This document shows positions 45,001-56,800 of a stretch of DNA of 64,000 nt, in pieces (within the stretch, counting starts at the first letter, position 1; the number at the start of each line of letters is the position of its first letter). Under the pieces are notes generated by a model that ran no database searches, had not been told where the DNA came from, and saw only the letters and a program-made list of their open reading frames with translations. The stretch comes from an uncultured Planctomycetaceae bacterium (GTDB lineage Bacteria; Planctomycetota; Planctomycetia; Isosphaerales; Isosphaeraceae), in assembly GCA_963833985.1 (NCBI GenBank), contig CAWIAD010000001.1:640001-704000 (forward strand), given 5' to 3'. A program made the translations under genes and the position numbers.

Positions 45001-48000
45001 TCCGCAAAGCTTCAATGGGGCCGCGGCGGTGAGGCCGCGGAAAGAGATGCCGTCCATCGAGAGTGATCAGGCGGCGTGGGCTTCAATGGGGCCGCGGCGG
45101 TGAGGCCGCGGAAAGTTGACGCCCGGCGCTCCTCGCATGGCGCGCCACAGTGCTTCAATGGGGCCGCGGCGGTGAGGCCGCGGAAAGTCGAAGATGTCCT
45201 CCACCTCGCCCGTCCAGGACAAAGCTTCAATGGGGCCGCGGCGGTGAGGCCGCGGAAAGTCGTCTCGCCGGCGACGGCCGCGGCCGGATGCGCTTGCTTC
45301 AATGGGGCCGCGGCGGTGAGGCCGCGGAAAGTACTCAACTCACGTTGTCGCCGCAGATGCGGGCAAAGCTTCAATGGGGCCGCGGCGGTGAGGCCGCGGA
45401 AAGTGAGGCGGTTCTCGAACGCGGCCCGATGGTCGATAGGCTTCAATGAGGCCGCGGCGGTGAGGCCGCGGAAAGTCTCCATCAGGTTCACGGCCGTCGC
45501 CATGGTGTTGGCTTCAATGGGGCCGCGGCGGTGAGGCCGCGGAAAGTACGCGACCAAGGCTGAGGCCGAGGCGAAGGCCAACGCTTCAATGGGGCCGCGG
45601 CGGTGAGGCCGCGGAAAGCATGGCATGTGCGATCATGGCGACGGGCGGCGAGGCGCTTCAATGGGGCCGCGGCGGTGAGGCCGCGGAAAGAAGAGGTCGG
45701 GGGTCAATCTGGGCTCGTGTCCTGTGGCTTCAATGGGGCCGCGGCGGTGAGGCCGCGGAAAGTGAGTTACCCCGCCCATGCAAGTACCGTGTGGCCGCGC
45801 TTCAATGGGGCCGCGGCGGTGAGGCCGCGGAAAGGCCTTGTGCCTGGCACGAGTTTCCCGTTTTGGGTTGGCTTCAATGGGGCCGCGGCGGTGAGGCCGC
45901 GGAAAGCGAGCGTGTCAGCACAAGCACGGCGATTCCTTTCGGGGCTTCAATGGGGCCGCGGCGGTGAGGCCGCGGAAAGAGCGCGTCTATCTCGGGAACC
46001 CACTCAAAGCGGAAGGGCTTCAATGGGGCCGCGGCGGTGAGGCCGCGGAAAGCCGCCCCGGGTCGACTTGCCCTTGCGCGCACGCTCGCTTCAATGGGGC
46101 CGCGGCGGTGAGGCCGCGGAAAGTCGAGCATGGCCACATACTCATCGGAGAAGCACTTGGCTTCAATGGGGCCGCGGCGGTGAGGCCGCGGAAAGGACCA
46201 CCAGCACCCAGGCTCTGAGCAAGGGCCTGAAGCTTCAATGGGGCCGCGGCGGTGAGGCCGCGGAAAGGGAGTGGCTCAAGGAAGACGAGGTAGCGAGGCT
46301 GTGGCTTCAATGGGGCCGCGGCGGTGAGGCCGCGGAAAGGTTTGCCCACATCGTGGCCGAGGCCGGGGTCGCGGCGCTTCAATGGGGCCGCGGCGGTGAG
46401 GCCGCGGAAAGCCGCGGCGTCCTGCTCGGCGACCGCGTTGGACGCGGCTTCAATGGGGCCGCGGCGGTGAGGCCGCGGAAAGGATCTCTTCTCCCCTGCC
46501 GATGAGGGATTGCCCCCATCTGCTTCAATGGGGCCGCGGCGGTGAGGCCGCGGAAAGCTGAGCCTTGCTCAGAACTCGTCGCTCTACAAGATCGTGCTTC
46601 AATGGGGCCGCGGCGGTGAGGCCGCGGAAAGCCCGGTGTCCTCGCTGTATTCGTCGGTCGACAGCGTGCTTCAATGGGGCCGCGGCGGTGAGGCCGCGGA
46701 AAGACATCTCTTGCGCCATGCGCATGCGCCGGACCAGCCCGACGCTTCAATGGGGCCGCGGCGGTGAGGCCGCGGAAAGTCACTTCGCGCCGCCTTTCCG
46801 CTTGCTCAACTCATGCTTCAATGGGGCCGCGGCGGTGAGGCCGCGGAAAGGACCAGGTGCTGGCTCACGTAGGTGGGGATGATCCAGCTTCAATGGGGCC
46901 GCGGCGGTGAGGCCGCGGAAAGGCGACAACCCCTGGAGAGATGACCATGCCCGCCAAGCTTCAATGGGGCCGCGGCGGTGAGGCCGCGGAAAGACACGGA
47001 CCCTTGCGAGCCGAGCGGCGAGTGCGACGCTTCAATGGGGCCGCGGCGGTGAGGCCGCGGAAAGAAAAGCATCTGCCGCCCGGCGCCGGACCGCCAGGCA
47101 GCTTCAATGGGGCCGCGGCGGTGAGGCCGCGGAAAGTGCGCACCGCTCGATCATGCCAGAGTCCACTGGCTGCTTCAATGGGGCCGCGGCGGTGAGGCCG
47201 CGGAAAGACGCTGTGGCCCGCGGCGGCGCGCCATGACCGATCAGCTTCAATGGGGCCGCGGCGGTGAGGCCGCGGAAAGATGGGGGCTGCCGATCCACTG
47301 GCGGTCGGCGACCTGGTGCTTCAATGGGGCCGCGGCGGTGAGGCCGCGGAAAGTCACGCGGTCGATGACGCGGATGCGCAGGGGCAACCGAGCTTCAATG
47401 GGGCCGCGGCGGTGAGGCCGCGGAAAGCCGGCAGATCCAAGCTCAGGCTCTCGCCAAGCTACGGGGCTTCAATGGGGCCGCGGCGGTGAGGCCGCGGAAA
47501 GAAAGAGCGACGCGCCCGACTACGGCATCAGCCAGGTGGCTTCAATGGGGCCGCGGCGGTGAGGCCGCGGAAAGGCGCTGCTCCAGCCCCTGGTCGTCGC
47601 CGCCGCCGAGGTGCTTCAATGGGGCCGCGGCGGTGAGGCCGCGGAAAGGCAGAGTGGTCCATCGGCATGGTGGCCGAGGCGGTGCTTCAATGGGGCCGCG
47701 GCGGTGAGGCCGCGGAAAGCGCCGCTCATGCTCGTCGAGTGACTGCGATGTTGATTGCTTCAATGGGGCCGCGGCGGTGAGGCCGCGGAAAGATGCCCGA
47801 CGGTTTCCCACTGGCGTGGCTCAAGCCAGCTTCAATGGGGCCGCGGCGGTGAGGCCGCGGAAAGCGCAAGACCGACCGCATCAAGGCCGAGGGCCTGGTA
47901 GCTTCAATGGGGCCGCGGCGGTGAGGCCGCGGAAAGTGGTTCAAGTTTCGCGGCCAGGTCGACCTGACCGAAGCGCTTCAATGGGGCCGCGGCGGTGAGG

Positions 48001-49391
48001 CCGCGGAAAGCTCGCGCGCGTCTACCTCGTCGGCAAGTGAAGCATGGCTTCAATGGGGCCGCGGCGGTGAGGCCGCGGAAAGGACCGCGCGGCCGCCGAG
48101 AACCGCGATGTTTCGGACGTGCTTCAATGGGGCCGCGGCGGTGAGGCCGCGGAAAGACACGCGATCCATCGCCAGGTAATCATCGAGAAGCAGCTTCAAT
48201 GGGGCCGCGGCGGTGAGGCCGCGGAAAGCGGCGGCACAATCGCGACCCGCGCGGCGACGATTGCGCTTCAATGGGGCCGCGGCGGTGAGGCCGCGGAAAG
48301 AGCACCCGAATCAGAGATGATGCGCCAACACTCTTTGCTTCAATGGGGCCGCGGCGGTGAGGCCGCGGAAAGCCCCGCGACGGACCTGCTGCCCGACGTG
48401 CAGGGCCTCTGGCTTCAATGGGGCCGCGGCGGTGAGGCCGCGGAAAGTCATATCGCGCGATCGAGAGTCGGTTCCACGAAAAACGCTTCAATGGGGCCGC
48501 GGCGGTGAGGCCGCGGAAAGCCCCTGGCGCGACCCGGAGGCGTTCCGGGAGCGCCAGGCTTCAATGGGGCCGCGGCGGTGAGGCCGCGGAAAGTCCCCTC
48601 GAAGCAGCGCAGCTTCAGCCGCGTGCCAGCCGGCTTCAATGGGGCCGCGGCGGTGAGGCCGCGGAAAGACATCGCGTCCAGGACGCTCCAGATCCGGGAG
48701 CAACGCGCTTCAATGGGGCCGCGGCGGTGAGGCCGCGGAAAGGGGCCGGAGCAGTGCGTGTTGCCGCCGGGCCTGTAGCTTCAATGGGGCCGCGGCGGTG
48801 AGGCCGCGGAAAGCAACTTCCTGAGCGAGCTCAACGGGACGATCGATGTTGGCTTCAATGGGGCCGCGGCGGTGAGGCCGCGGAAAGTCATTCATCTCGG
48901 CGGATTAATTCCGCCCTCGTCTGCTTCAATGGGGCCGCGGCGGTGAGGCCGCGGAAAGCAAACGGTACGGCCAGCCGGCGGAAGGCGCCGCGCAGCTTCA
49001 ATGGGGCCGCGGCGGTGAGGCCGCGGAAAGCCGCCGTGTTCCTCGACCCGCCCTACGCCGATACGGCGCTTCAATGGGGCCGCGGCGGTGAGGCCGCGGA
49101 AAGGCTTTTGCTCTCGCGAAACGCGCTCATCAACGGCGTGCTTCAATGGGGCCGCGGCGGTGAGGCCGCGGAAAGCGCGCCGCGGATCGTGATCACCTCA
49201 TCCCAGTAGCCGCTTCAATGGGGCCGCGGCGGTGAGGCCGCGGAAAGAATAGGTTCCCCCTGAGCCGTCGCAGGCGATCGACTCGCTTCAATGGGGCCGC
49301 GGCGGTGAGGCCGCGGAAAGCGGCCGGCACCCTCGCCGAGCTGGTGGAAGAGGCGGCTTCAATGGGGCCGCGGCGGTGAGGCCGCGGAAAG
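42048..49391 (-). CRISPR. Type I-G CRISPR array, about 101 full repeats plus a terminal half repeat
   Basis: 36-nt repeat CTTTCCGCGGCCTCACCGCCGCGGCCCCATTGAAGC (minus strand) with hairpin CCGCGGC/GCCGCGG and ATTGAAGC 3' handle; hand count 101 copies from 42102 to 49391; spacers about 35-40 nt; degenerate trailer repeat at 42048-42065. Confidence 0.99.
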
Positions 49392-49635
49392 AGCGGTCGC
49401 GTAAGTGCCGAATTGCCAAAGAGCTGCGAGCGGGTTTGCGAGCGGTGCCGGGTTTTCACGCCGCAAAAGTCGCCCAGGTCCACAAGCCGTCTCCCAAGTC
49501 ATGGTCAGGTAGCCACTTGCGTCTTGCGAGCGGTCCCCGGGGTTTTTCGCGCACCGCGCCGCTCGCGAACCGGGGCACGAAAAAGAAAAAGAGTCACCAG
49601 GTTCCCTGGCCATGGCGATCGCTGCCCCAACGGTC
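49392..49635 (-). promoter_or_regulatory. CRISPR leader
   Basis: Non-coding gap between the cas1 stop and the first repeat; repeated TGCGAGCGG motifs; A-tract at about 49580-49590. Confidence 0.8.
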
Positions 49636-51456
49636 CTAGCGCGTCACGAACACCGGGTACGAGGCGATCTCGCCGGTGAACAGCCGGGCCAGCAGCCGCG
49701 TCTGGATCTCCAGCATTCGCCGGTAATTGAGACGATAGCCGAACAGCGGGTGCGTCACAAGTGTGTCCATCCGCTGCTCGTACGCGCGGAAGAAGGCCTT
49801 CCTGCCGTCGGGCCGCAGCGCAACGGATTCCCCCGGCGCAGGAAGTCTCGCGGCGTGACCATCCGGGTATTGATCGCCGAGAGCACGGCCGAGTCCGCGA
49901 TCAGCGGCCGGAACGGCTCCATCAAGTCCAGCGCCAGGGCGCACGCCCGAACCGCGGCTGGTGATACACGCCCAGGAAGGGGTCGAACCCGACCGCGTGA
50001 CAGACGATGGTCAGGTCCTTGGCCAGCACGCTGTAGGCCAGCGACAGCATGGCGTTGACCGGGTCTTTCGGCGGCCGCCGGTTGCGATGGGTGAAGTCGA
50101 ACGAGAAGCCCCCGCCCGCTGCCGCGCCGGCACCGGCGCCCGCCCCGGCACCGGCGTTACTGCTGGCGTTCTCCGGTTCGTCGCCGGGCTCGCCGGTCTT
50201 GATCATGCCGGGGAAGAGCTCGAAGTAGATCCGCGCGGCGTTGCCTTCCAGGCCCAGGAGCTGCTGCGTCGACGCCGCGTTCTCGGCGTCATCGCACAGG
50301 GTCTTGAGCTGGGCGATCTTGCCGGCCGGGGGCTCGACGTGGTTGCGCTGGAGCATGGTCCGCTGGTTGCGGATCTTGCCGGCCACCAGCGTGCGCGAGA
50401 GCCGGAGCCGGAACTCGGGGTCTTCCGCCAGGCGGAACTGCTCGCGCCGCAGCGCGATGTTGCGCACGCCCAGCCCGTGTGTGGTCCCGTAGAACCAGCC
50501 GCCCTGGGAAAAGTAGCAGACGGGGACCTCGTTTTCACACAACGCCTGGAGCGCCTGGGTGGTGAGCTGGATGTTGCCGAACAGGCTCACCTGGCAGGTC
50601 TCACCGATGCGCACCTCCTGCACGACGGTGTCTTTTTCTTTCACCTTCAGCACGTTGCCCGACTTGCCGACGTGCAGACCCTGTGTGTTCAGATACAGCG
50701 GCCGCAGGTCGTCCCGCGCGGCGACCATCCGGCGCGGCTCAGCATCAACATCGCCGGCGGCAGCGGGGGCAGGACCATCGCCGGTTGCCGGCGGTGCGTT
50801 CGGCTCCCCGGCGGAGGCGGCCTCCTGGAGATAAAGCGTCTCGTCGGGCAGGCAGATGCCGACGAGCGAGCAGCGCGGGCACTTGGGGCTATCGGCCAGC
50901 GGCGCGGGGATGCGGCCGGCCACGGCCGCGGCGCGGGCCTGGGCAAGCGCCTGGAGCGTTTGCTCGACGAGGTTCTCGTCGATCGGCACGCGGACCCTTT
51001 GCCTGGTCTTGACGTAATAGACGACGCCCTCCTCGCAGGCATAACCGTTGTCCCTGAGCACCAGGGCTTGAACGGCGATCTGAACGCGGTCAGGGTCCCA
51101 GGCGCGGAGCTCGCCGGTCTCACCGTCCTTGAACGGCGCCCGCGCTTGTAATCGACGGGGGTGGCCGTGGCGCCTTCGGCCTCGACGACGTCGATGGTGG
51201 CGATGAGCCGGTGGGTCTCGCTGGAGAGCGTGACCGAGCGGGAGTGGACGCGCTGGTCTTCCGGCAACTCCTCGGCGGGCGCCAGCTCGTCGGAGCGGGC
51301 ATCGAGTTTGGCGTGCCTCAGCGCGCCCTCGACGGTTTCTTGATTGTGGGCGAAGACGCTTTCGACCCATTCATAGTAGAAGAGGCGTGGGCAGTAGACA
51401 TATTCGTTGAGCATGCGCGCGGGGAGGTAGTCGGGGAGTTCTTCAAGGAGCGGCAT
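49636..51456 (-). CDS. cas4/cas1: Cas4/Cas1 fusion (frameshifts near 51140, 49945 and 49840)
   Basis: Cas4: [34 protein letters not shown]. Cas1: [47 protein letters not shown]. Confidence 0.93.
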
Positions 51457-51488
51457 GAGGGTCTCCAATGGGAGAAGCTGTTCCGGCG

Positions 51489-51779
51489 TCAGACAACGAC
51501 GCAGGGCGCGTTGATGGGCGAATAGGGCTGGCCGAGCGCGGTGATCACGCGTTCGCCGCGGCCCTCGGTTGGCCCGAGGTCGACGAAGAGGACCTGGTCC
51601 TGCTCGTGGTGGATGATCTCGCTGAGGACGAACCGGCAGGTGGCCAGGTCGATGGGCGTGAACTGGCACTCGAAGATCGAGTACTGCAAGTGGTCGCCGA
51701 AATCGCGCATGGCCTTGAAGACCTTGCGCAGCCGCTTGTCATCGCGGATGTCATAGCAGACGAGGAAGGTGTTGCGCAT
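51489..51779 (-). CDS. cas2: CRISPR-associated endonuclease Cas2
   Basis: MRNTFLVCYDIRDDKRLRKVFK...FGDHLQYSIFEC...DQVLFVDLG. Confidence 0.95.
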   Translation of the reverse strand: MRNTFLVCYDIRDDKRLRKVFKAMRDFGDHLQYSIFECQFTPIDLATCRFVLSEIIHHEQDQVLFVDLGPTEGRGERVITALGQPYSPINAPCVVV

Positions 51780-51811
51780 TGCAGATACGCTCCATCCAGA
51801 GGCGCTTCCGG

Positions 51812-53374
51812 TTAGCCGTGATTGCTTGGGGTGAAGAGGCCCAGGCCGAAGTGGCACGAATGACCCAAGGCGATCGGCCCAGAAACCGGGGCTGGGAACC
51901 GGATGCGGAACACGCCGCGTTGGCGCTGGTTTCCGTCATCCCCGCGCTTACGCCGTGTAAGCTGGAACTCGATCGCACGCAGCCTAGAGTTGCTGACGTA
52001 TTCAAGGGGATCGATCTCCGCTGCGCCGAGTCCACGCCGGTCGAGTTCCTCAAGCAGAACCTGGGCGACAAACGCGCGCCGGCCTTCCGGGCCCTGAAAG
52101 AACTCCTTCGGGTCGCGCTTCCGCCCCCGGCGCTTGGGATGGCGCGTCACGACGAACGGAGTGGCGGATTCCCAGAGACTCGACTTCTCCAGTAGCGCCG
52201 CCCGAAAATCCTCGTGGACGCCGAGGCCAACGAGTTGCACTCGCAGCTTGAGCGACTCGTCAACGAGCCTGAGCGTGCGAAGAGAATTCAGAGCGGCTAC
52301 CTCATCAGTTCCGAAGCCGTCAGCGGCTGCGGCAGTGACGTGCGTGATTCGTCGCGGATCGACGCCCTCGGCAGTAGGCAGGTAGAACGCATGTCGATGG
52401 CCCTGGAGGAATTGCCCTTCCGCATCTTTCCCTGAGAGTACTTCGGATCGGAACAACTCTCGGTCTGGCTCATGCACGGGGCCGTAGCGCTGAAGATGTC
52501 GGTGTCGTTGATACCGGCTCATCAGACCGCACCGGAAGGCCTCGGCCACGCGGATCGAGTTGGTAACGAGCGGCAGGACGGGCCCGTCAAGCAGGAAACG
52601 AGCGAGCGTTGGCGTTTGCTGGTTGCGCGAGCGAGGTTTCGCCGCGACGGGTCCGGCTTCCACCGGCCGGCTGTAGTTCACCCATCGCGCACCGGGAACG
52701 CTGGACCACCTCTCTTCGTGGATCGTTTCGGTGTCCAGGCAGAGGTGCCAGCGAGGGCAGTCGAATAGATAGTGGGAAGGGCTAATCTTTCCCCTGGCCA
52801 GTTTCGTGCGGTCGAGCACCGGGTAGTGTTGGTCGTTGAACGCAGCCGCTGGATCAGGACACAACACGGGGACGGGACTCGGGTCAGACACCTCAGCGGG
52901 CCCAAGGTTCAATTCGACCGTGGCGTCGGTCAGTTCGGCGTGAGCCCAGCCCTCCGCTCGGCCCAAGTAGGAGAGGTTAGCGAGAAGTTTTGAGAGGACC
53001 TCGCGGTCGCCGTCACACAGTTCGGCATTTGGCCATCCCACGAACAGCGGTTCGCGGCGATCGACGGTGACGAACGTGTCGAACACAAGGGTTCGGTCGG
53101 CCGGTCCCTTTTTCTCCCATGGCATGTAGTGTCGGGTGTGAGCGACGCGGAATGGCGGCAGACGGAACAGCGGTGGGTGCGCCAGAGGTTCGAGAATTCG
53201 GCGGACCTGGGATTCGGAGTAGTCCGGACAGGTCCTTCTCCACACGGCGATCAGCGCCCGCAGCAGCCGCCAAGGGGACGGCGGCCACTCGGGCACGCCC
53301 TCGTTCACGTGCCGGCCCCACGGTGTCGCGTGATATCGGCCACTCGGAAATGCGAGCTTGATAATCACAGGCAT
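51812..53374 (-). CDS. csb2: Type I-G Cas5/Cas6 fusion RAMP Csb2
   Basis: GRYHATPWGRHVNEG.PEWPPSPWRLLRAL, YLGRAEGW, C-terminal Gly loop GPIALGHSCHFGLGLF. Confidence 0.93.
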   Translation of the reverse strand: MPVIIKLAFPSGRYHATPWGRHVNEGVPEWPPSPWRLLRALIAVWRRTCPDYSESQVRRILEPLAHPPLFRLPPFRVAHTRHYMPWEKKGPADRTLVFDTFVTVDRREPLFVGWPNAELCDGDREVLSKLLANLSYLGRAEGWAHAELTDATVELNLGPAEVSDPSPVPVLCPDPAAAFNDQHYPVLDRTKLARGKISPSHYLFDCPRWHLCLDTETIHEERWSSVPGARWVNYSRPVEAGPVAAKPRSRNQQTPTLARFLLDGPVLPLVTNSIRVAEAFRCGLMSRYQRHRHLQRYGPVHEPDRELFRSEVLSGKDAEGQFLQGHRHAFYLPTAEGVDPRRITHVTAAAADGFGTDEVAALNSLRTLRLVDESLKLRVQLVGLGVHEDFRAALLEKSSLWESATPFVVTRHPKRRGRKRDPKEFFQGPEGRRAFVAQVLLEELDRRGLGAAEIDPLEYVSNSRLRAIEFQLTRRKRGDDGNQRQRGVFRIRFPAPVSGPIALGHSCHFGLGLFTPSNHG

Positions 53375-53389
53375 GGGTTAATCCTCGCC

Positions 53390-54583
53390 CTATGGCTTGT
53401 TCCACGTCAGTTGCGTCACTCTCGGCTCAGCAAATTGAGGGCTGCATTTCTTCATCAGGTCGCCGAGGTCACTCGTCAGCTCCGTGGTTGAAGGCAGTAA
53501 GAATCCCTCCGGTCGCGTGATGCGAATGGATTTGTCGTCCTTCAGCTCCAGCTCACAGGCCGTCCTCAACCGCATGTTCGAGTCGAGGAAACGCCGGACC
53601 TTCCAGAGCGATAGCACGATCAGTAGATTCACAGCGTTCTCGCCCAAGCCGTATCCGCGAATCTGTGCGAGGTCGAGACTGAAAAACGCGGTGATGGACT
53701 TGGCGGTGAATTCCGTGCGGTGGAAAGGAACGTTACCGTAGCCGCTCTTGGCATCCACTCCGGCCACACTCGGTTTGGGCAGGGCACGGTCGAACTTGAC
53801 CCCACCGCTGTCTGCCCGACCGACGCCACTCGCCTCGATGAACGAGGAGAGAGCCCGTGGGTGCCTCAGCCGGCCCGCGATCTTTTCAAGAAACACTCCA
53901 TGAACCAGGGAGTTTGGGTCGTACTTGAAGCAAACCGCGGCAAGCCTACGGAGGTTGACCACGCCGGCCACGTCGTCGCGGTCTGTGTCACCTGTACCAG
54001 CAGCCTCTTCCGTTGCGGGCTGGGTTGTCGCGCCCCGGCGACCTTGCGAGCGGCGAGCGGGCGCCGCTACCACGGCCATGCCCAGTTCCGGCTTGAGAAC
54101 GTCCGAGAAACTGGTTCCAGTTGGGATCTCCACCTCCTCGTCATCCCCGGACCCTGACCTACTGAGTTTAACGGTGACCTTTCGCTCGGTCGCTCCGTTC
54201 ATGATGTAAGGCGAATTGAGACGGTGGAACTCAAGTATGCTGCAAGTGGTGTCGGTACCGTTACCGAGACCGGCGAGATTCACCTTGACGTAAGGAATCC
54301 CCGGCGCCTTCGTCGCTGCCCTGCTCTCGGCGCCGTTGACTTCAACCATCAGGTCGGCGACAAGATTATCGTTTGCTTCATCCCAGCACACGGATTCAAG
54401 TCGGTTGGCCATTGACTGGGCGGACTCGACCAACAGCATGGAGTTGCCGTCCGGCGCGTCGTACGTGGCCGGGCCAAGGTCCGGAAAGCCGGTTGGCTGG
54501 ATACGCGTGCCCGCCACGGGTTTAAGCGCGGCTTCGATCAGAATGCGTGGCTTGTCTTGAAGTCCCCTGAAGTCTGTGAACAT
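53390..54583 (-). CDS. csb1: Type I-G Cas7 backbone Csb1
   Basis: RIQPTGFPDLG, LLVESAQSMANRLE, HRLNSPY, DPNSLVHGVF, SGGVKFD, GNVPFHR. Confidence 0.92.
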   Translation of the reverse strand: MFTDFRGLQDKPRILIEAALKPVAGTRIQPTGFPDLGPATYDAPDGNSMLLVESAQSMANRLESVCWDEANDNLVADLMVEVNGAESRAATKAPGIPYVKVNLAGLGNGTDTTCSILEFHRLNSPYIMNGATERKVTVKLSRSGSGDDEEVEIPTGTSFSDVLKPELGMAVVAAPARRSQGRRGATTQPATEEAAGTGDTDRDDVAGVVNLRRLAAVCFKYDPNSLVHGVFLEKIAGRLRHPRALSSFIEASGVGRADSGGVKFDRALPKPSVAGVDAKSGYGNVPFHRTEFTAKSITAFFSLDLAQIRGYGLGENAVNLLIVLSLWKVRRFLDSNMRLRTACELELKDDKSIRITRPEGFLLPSTTELTSDLGDLMKKCSPQFAEPRVTQLTWNKP

Positions 54584-54585
54584 GG

Positions 54586-56800
54586 TTACTCCTCGATCTC
54601 GGGTGGATAGAGAACGGCGTTCGCAATTGTCTCGAGGTCACGGTAGGAGAGCGGAAACAGCATTGCCGCGAGTAGCCGCTCGGCCGGGATAGCGGACTCT
54701 ACGGCCAGCGACCGCCGAGCCATTTGGCGGTTCCGGAATCCATGCACGAGTCGGCCGCTGGATTTCAGCCGTCGGGCCGCACGATCGACGCACCTCCCGA
54801 CCGCATCGGGCTGACCTGTGGCGAGGATGTGAAATACACTGGGATCGGGCTTGGCCTCTGGATCTTCACCGACACAGATCTTCCAACCGTCGCTGGAGGC
54901 GTCGATTACCCGCGGTTCGACGAGCAGCCGGGGCACGCCAAACTCGAATGGCACCTCCCCGTCTCCGCTCGGCAATTCGAAGGCGACAGCGGACCAATCG
55001 ACAGCCGACAAGCCCCAGGTGAGGTCGTCCACTTTGGCGTCGTCGATTTCGTACCGAAGGAATGCGACAACATCTCCCAGCCTCGCTGGGCGGGGCGAGT
55101 AGAGTGGTACCCCTGCCCGCCCCCAGGTCTCGGGATCTCGGAACGCTTCCATCAATCGGCGGCGAAAGACGGCGCCAAGATTGGCATGAAGCGGTCGTTT
55201 CAGCCACACCGCAGACGTACTGCCCGGGGACCAGCTGACGGATTTGGTCGCCTCAACTTCTTCAAGGTAGGCGCGCAGTGGACCGACATGGCCGTGTGCC
55301 TGAATACCCGCGAGACTTGTTGCGAGTCGAAACTCCGGGCTGAGGTCGTTCGCCTGTGCAAGCCATCCGTTGTCCAACATCTGAAGCGGACGGAGATACT
55401 TGTCCTTGCAGAAGGCCAGCCCGTTCGCGAGTGTCCGCTCCGCGCTGACCGAGAGCACGCAGCACCTCAACCAGGAACTTCGCGTCGTCGCCCTTTTCGC
55501 TTCGACTTGCAAACCTGTAGATTGCTCCGTCGACCTGTCGCAGCGTAGTCTGGTAGCGGGCTGGGGTCCTATCCTTATCCCGGCAGGCGATGCGAAGACG
55601 GTCAAGCCACTCCCAAAGCCGAGGATCGTTGAGCAGCCGAGCGTGCGGACGGAGTGTCACTGCGACACGTCCGAGAGGCGCCGCCAGAAATGCCAGCCCA
55701 TTTCGCTTCAGGAACCCATAGCGCGCGAAGGAATCCAACCCGCTCCCAACCCCCAGCAGGTTGACGGCCAAGGCGAACTCGATCGCATTTTGAGCCTGTC
55801 GCCGTCCGAGCTGAGCGCGACCTTCTGCAAACAGGTGTTCGATCTCCCCGAACCCCGCCGGCTCACGCCACAACGGCAGCCACAACTCGGACCGCGAGGC
55901 GTCGGTGGTTTCTTCGGTAGCTGCCGCGGACCCATACCCGACCGCGACCGAAAGGACACTGAACGGGAACACGGCCCGTCCAGGACTGTTGGCCCCGAGC
56001 CTACCAGGACTGTTGGCCCCGAGCCTGCGGGCGACAGAGCCGGCGAATAGCAACGCCCCTTCAATCATCAGCACGAAGTCCCAGGGGTTCACTCGCGAGT
56101 CGGCTTCGAACTTCCCTTGAGTGCCGTTTGCTCCGCCGATTCCGCCTGGATTGAACTGACCAATCGATGTCCTTCCCAACTCGACCATGTTGTCCGCGAA
56201 CAACGCGGCAGCGAGGCTTTGTTGCGAGTCGGACGTGGGTTGTGTGCCTGTAGCAAACGGAATGACGTCAGCCAACCGCTGCATAAAGTTGTTGGTAAAG
56301 TCGAGCCGGCCGTCGTTACCGCCTGTGCCAAGGAGTGGGAAGAAGCTCGGACCATCCTCTCCCAGTACAAAGCAGACATCGAGCCAGGGAACGACCTCGT
56401 CGGCGAGCTCAGAGCGGCAGCGAACGAGGAGTGATTCCTTCGCTTCACCCTTGGGCTTGGTTTTTGGAGCAAACGCGCGGATACGGCCGATGGTCTCGCG
56501 ATACAAAGTGAGCCGTTCGGCCGTTGATTGAGCGATGGCGTCGAGCGGATCGGCTCCGCCTCCGTAGAACCCGCTCCCTCCGTTCCAGGGCGCAGTAATC
56601 GGGGTCGGGCGGTATTGCTCGAGGAAGAACTGCGTTAGCCCCTCGCGGCCAAGCTGACCGTGCAGGTGAGCAATCCCGCCTGACCAGGAAAGGCGTGCGT
56701 CCGGGTCGCCCTGCTCGGCAACCAATCGGAACACCCCGAGTGTCTTCAAGTAACCCATGAGAGGCTCTGGCGTGCAGCCCGTGAGTGCAACCTCAGCCAT
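54586..56800 (-). CDS. csx17: Type I-G large subunit Csx17 (Cas8u1) (frameshift near 55460)
   Basis: GCTPEPLMGYLKTLGVFRLVAEQ, PWNGGSGF, LLGTGGNDGRLDF, NPWDFVLMIEG, ELWLPLW, EFRLA. Confidence 0.9.

Noticed and set aside
42102..49391. Self-targeting spacers in the main array
   Set aside because: No match to other parts of this window seen by eye; not exhaustive, needs BLAST against the whole genome.
42050..49483. Dozens of ORFs with recurring FRGLTAAAPLK, LQWGRGGEAAE or FNGAAAVRPRK
   Set aside because: They are translations of the CRISPR repeat, not proteins.
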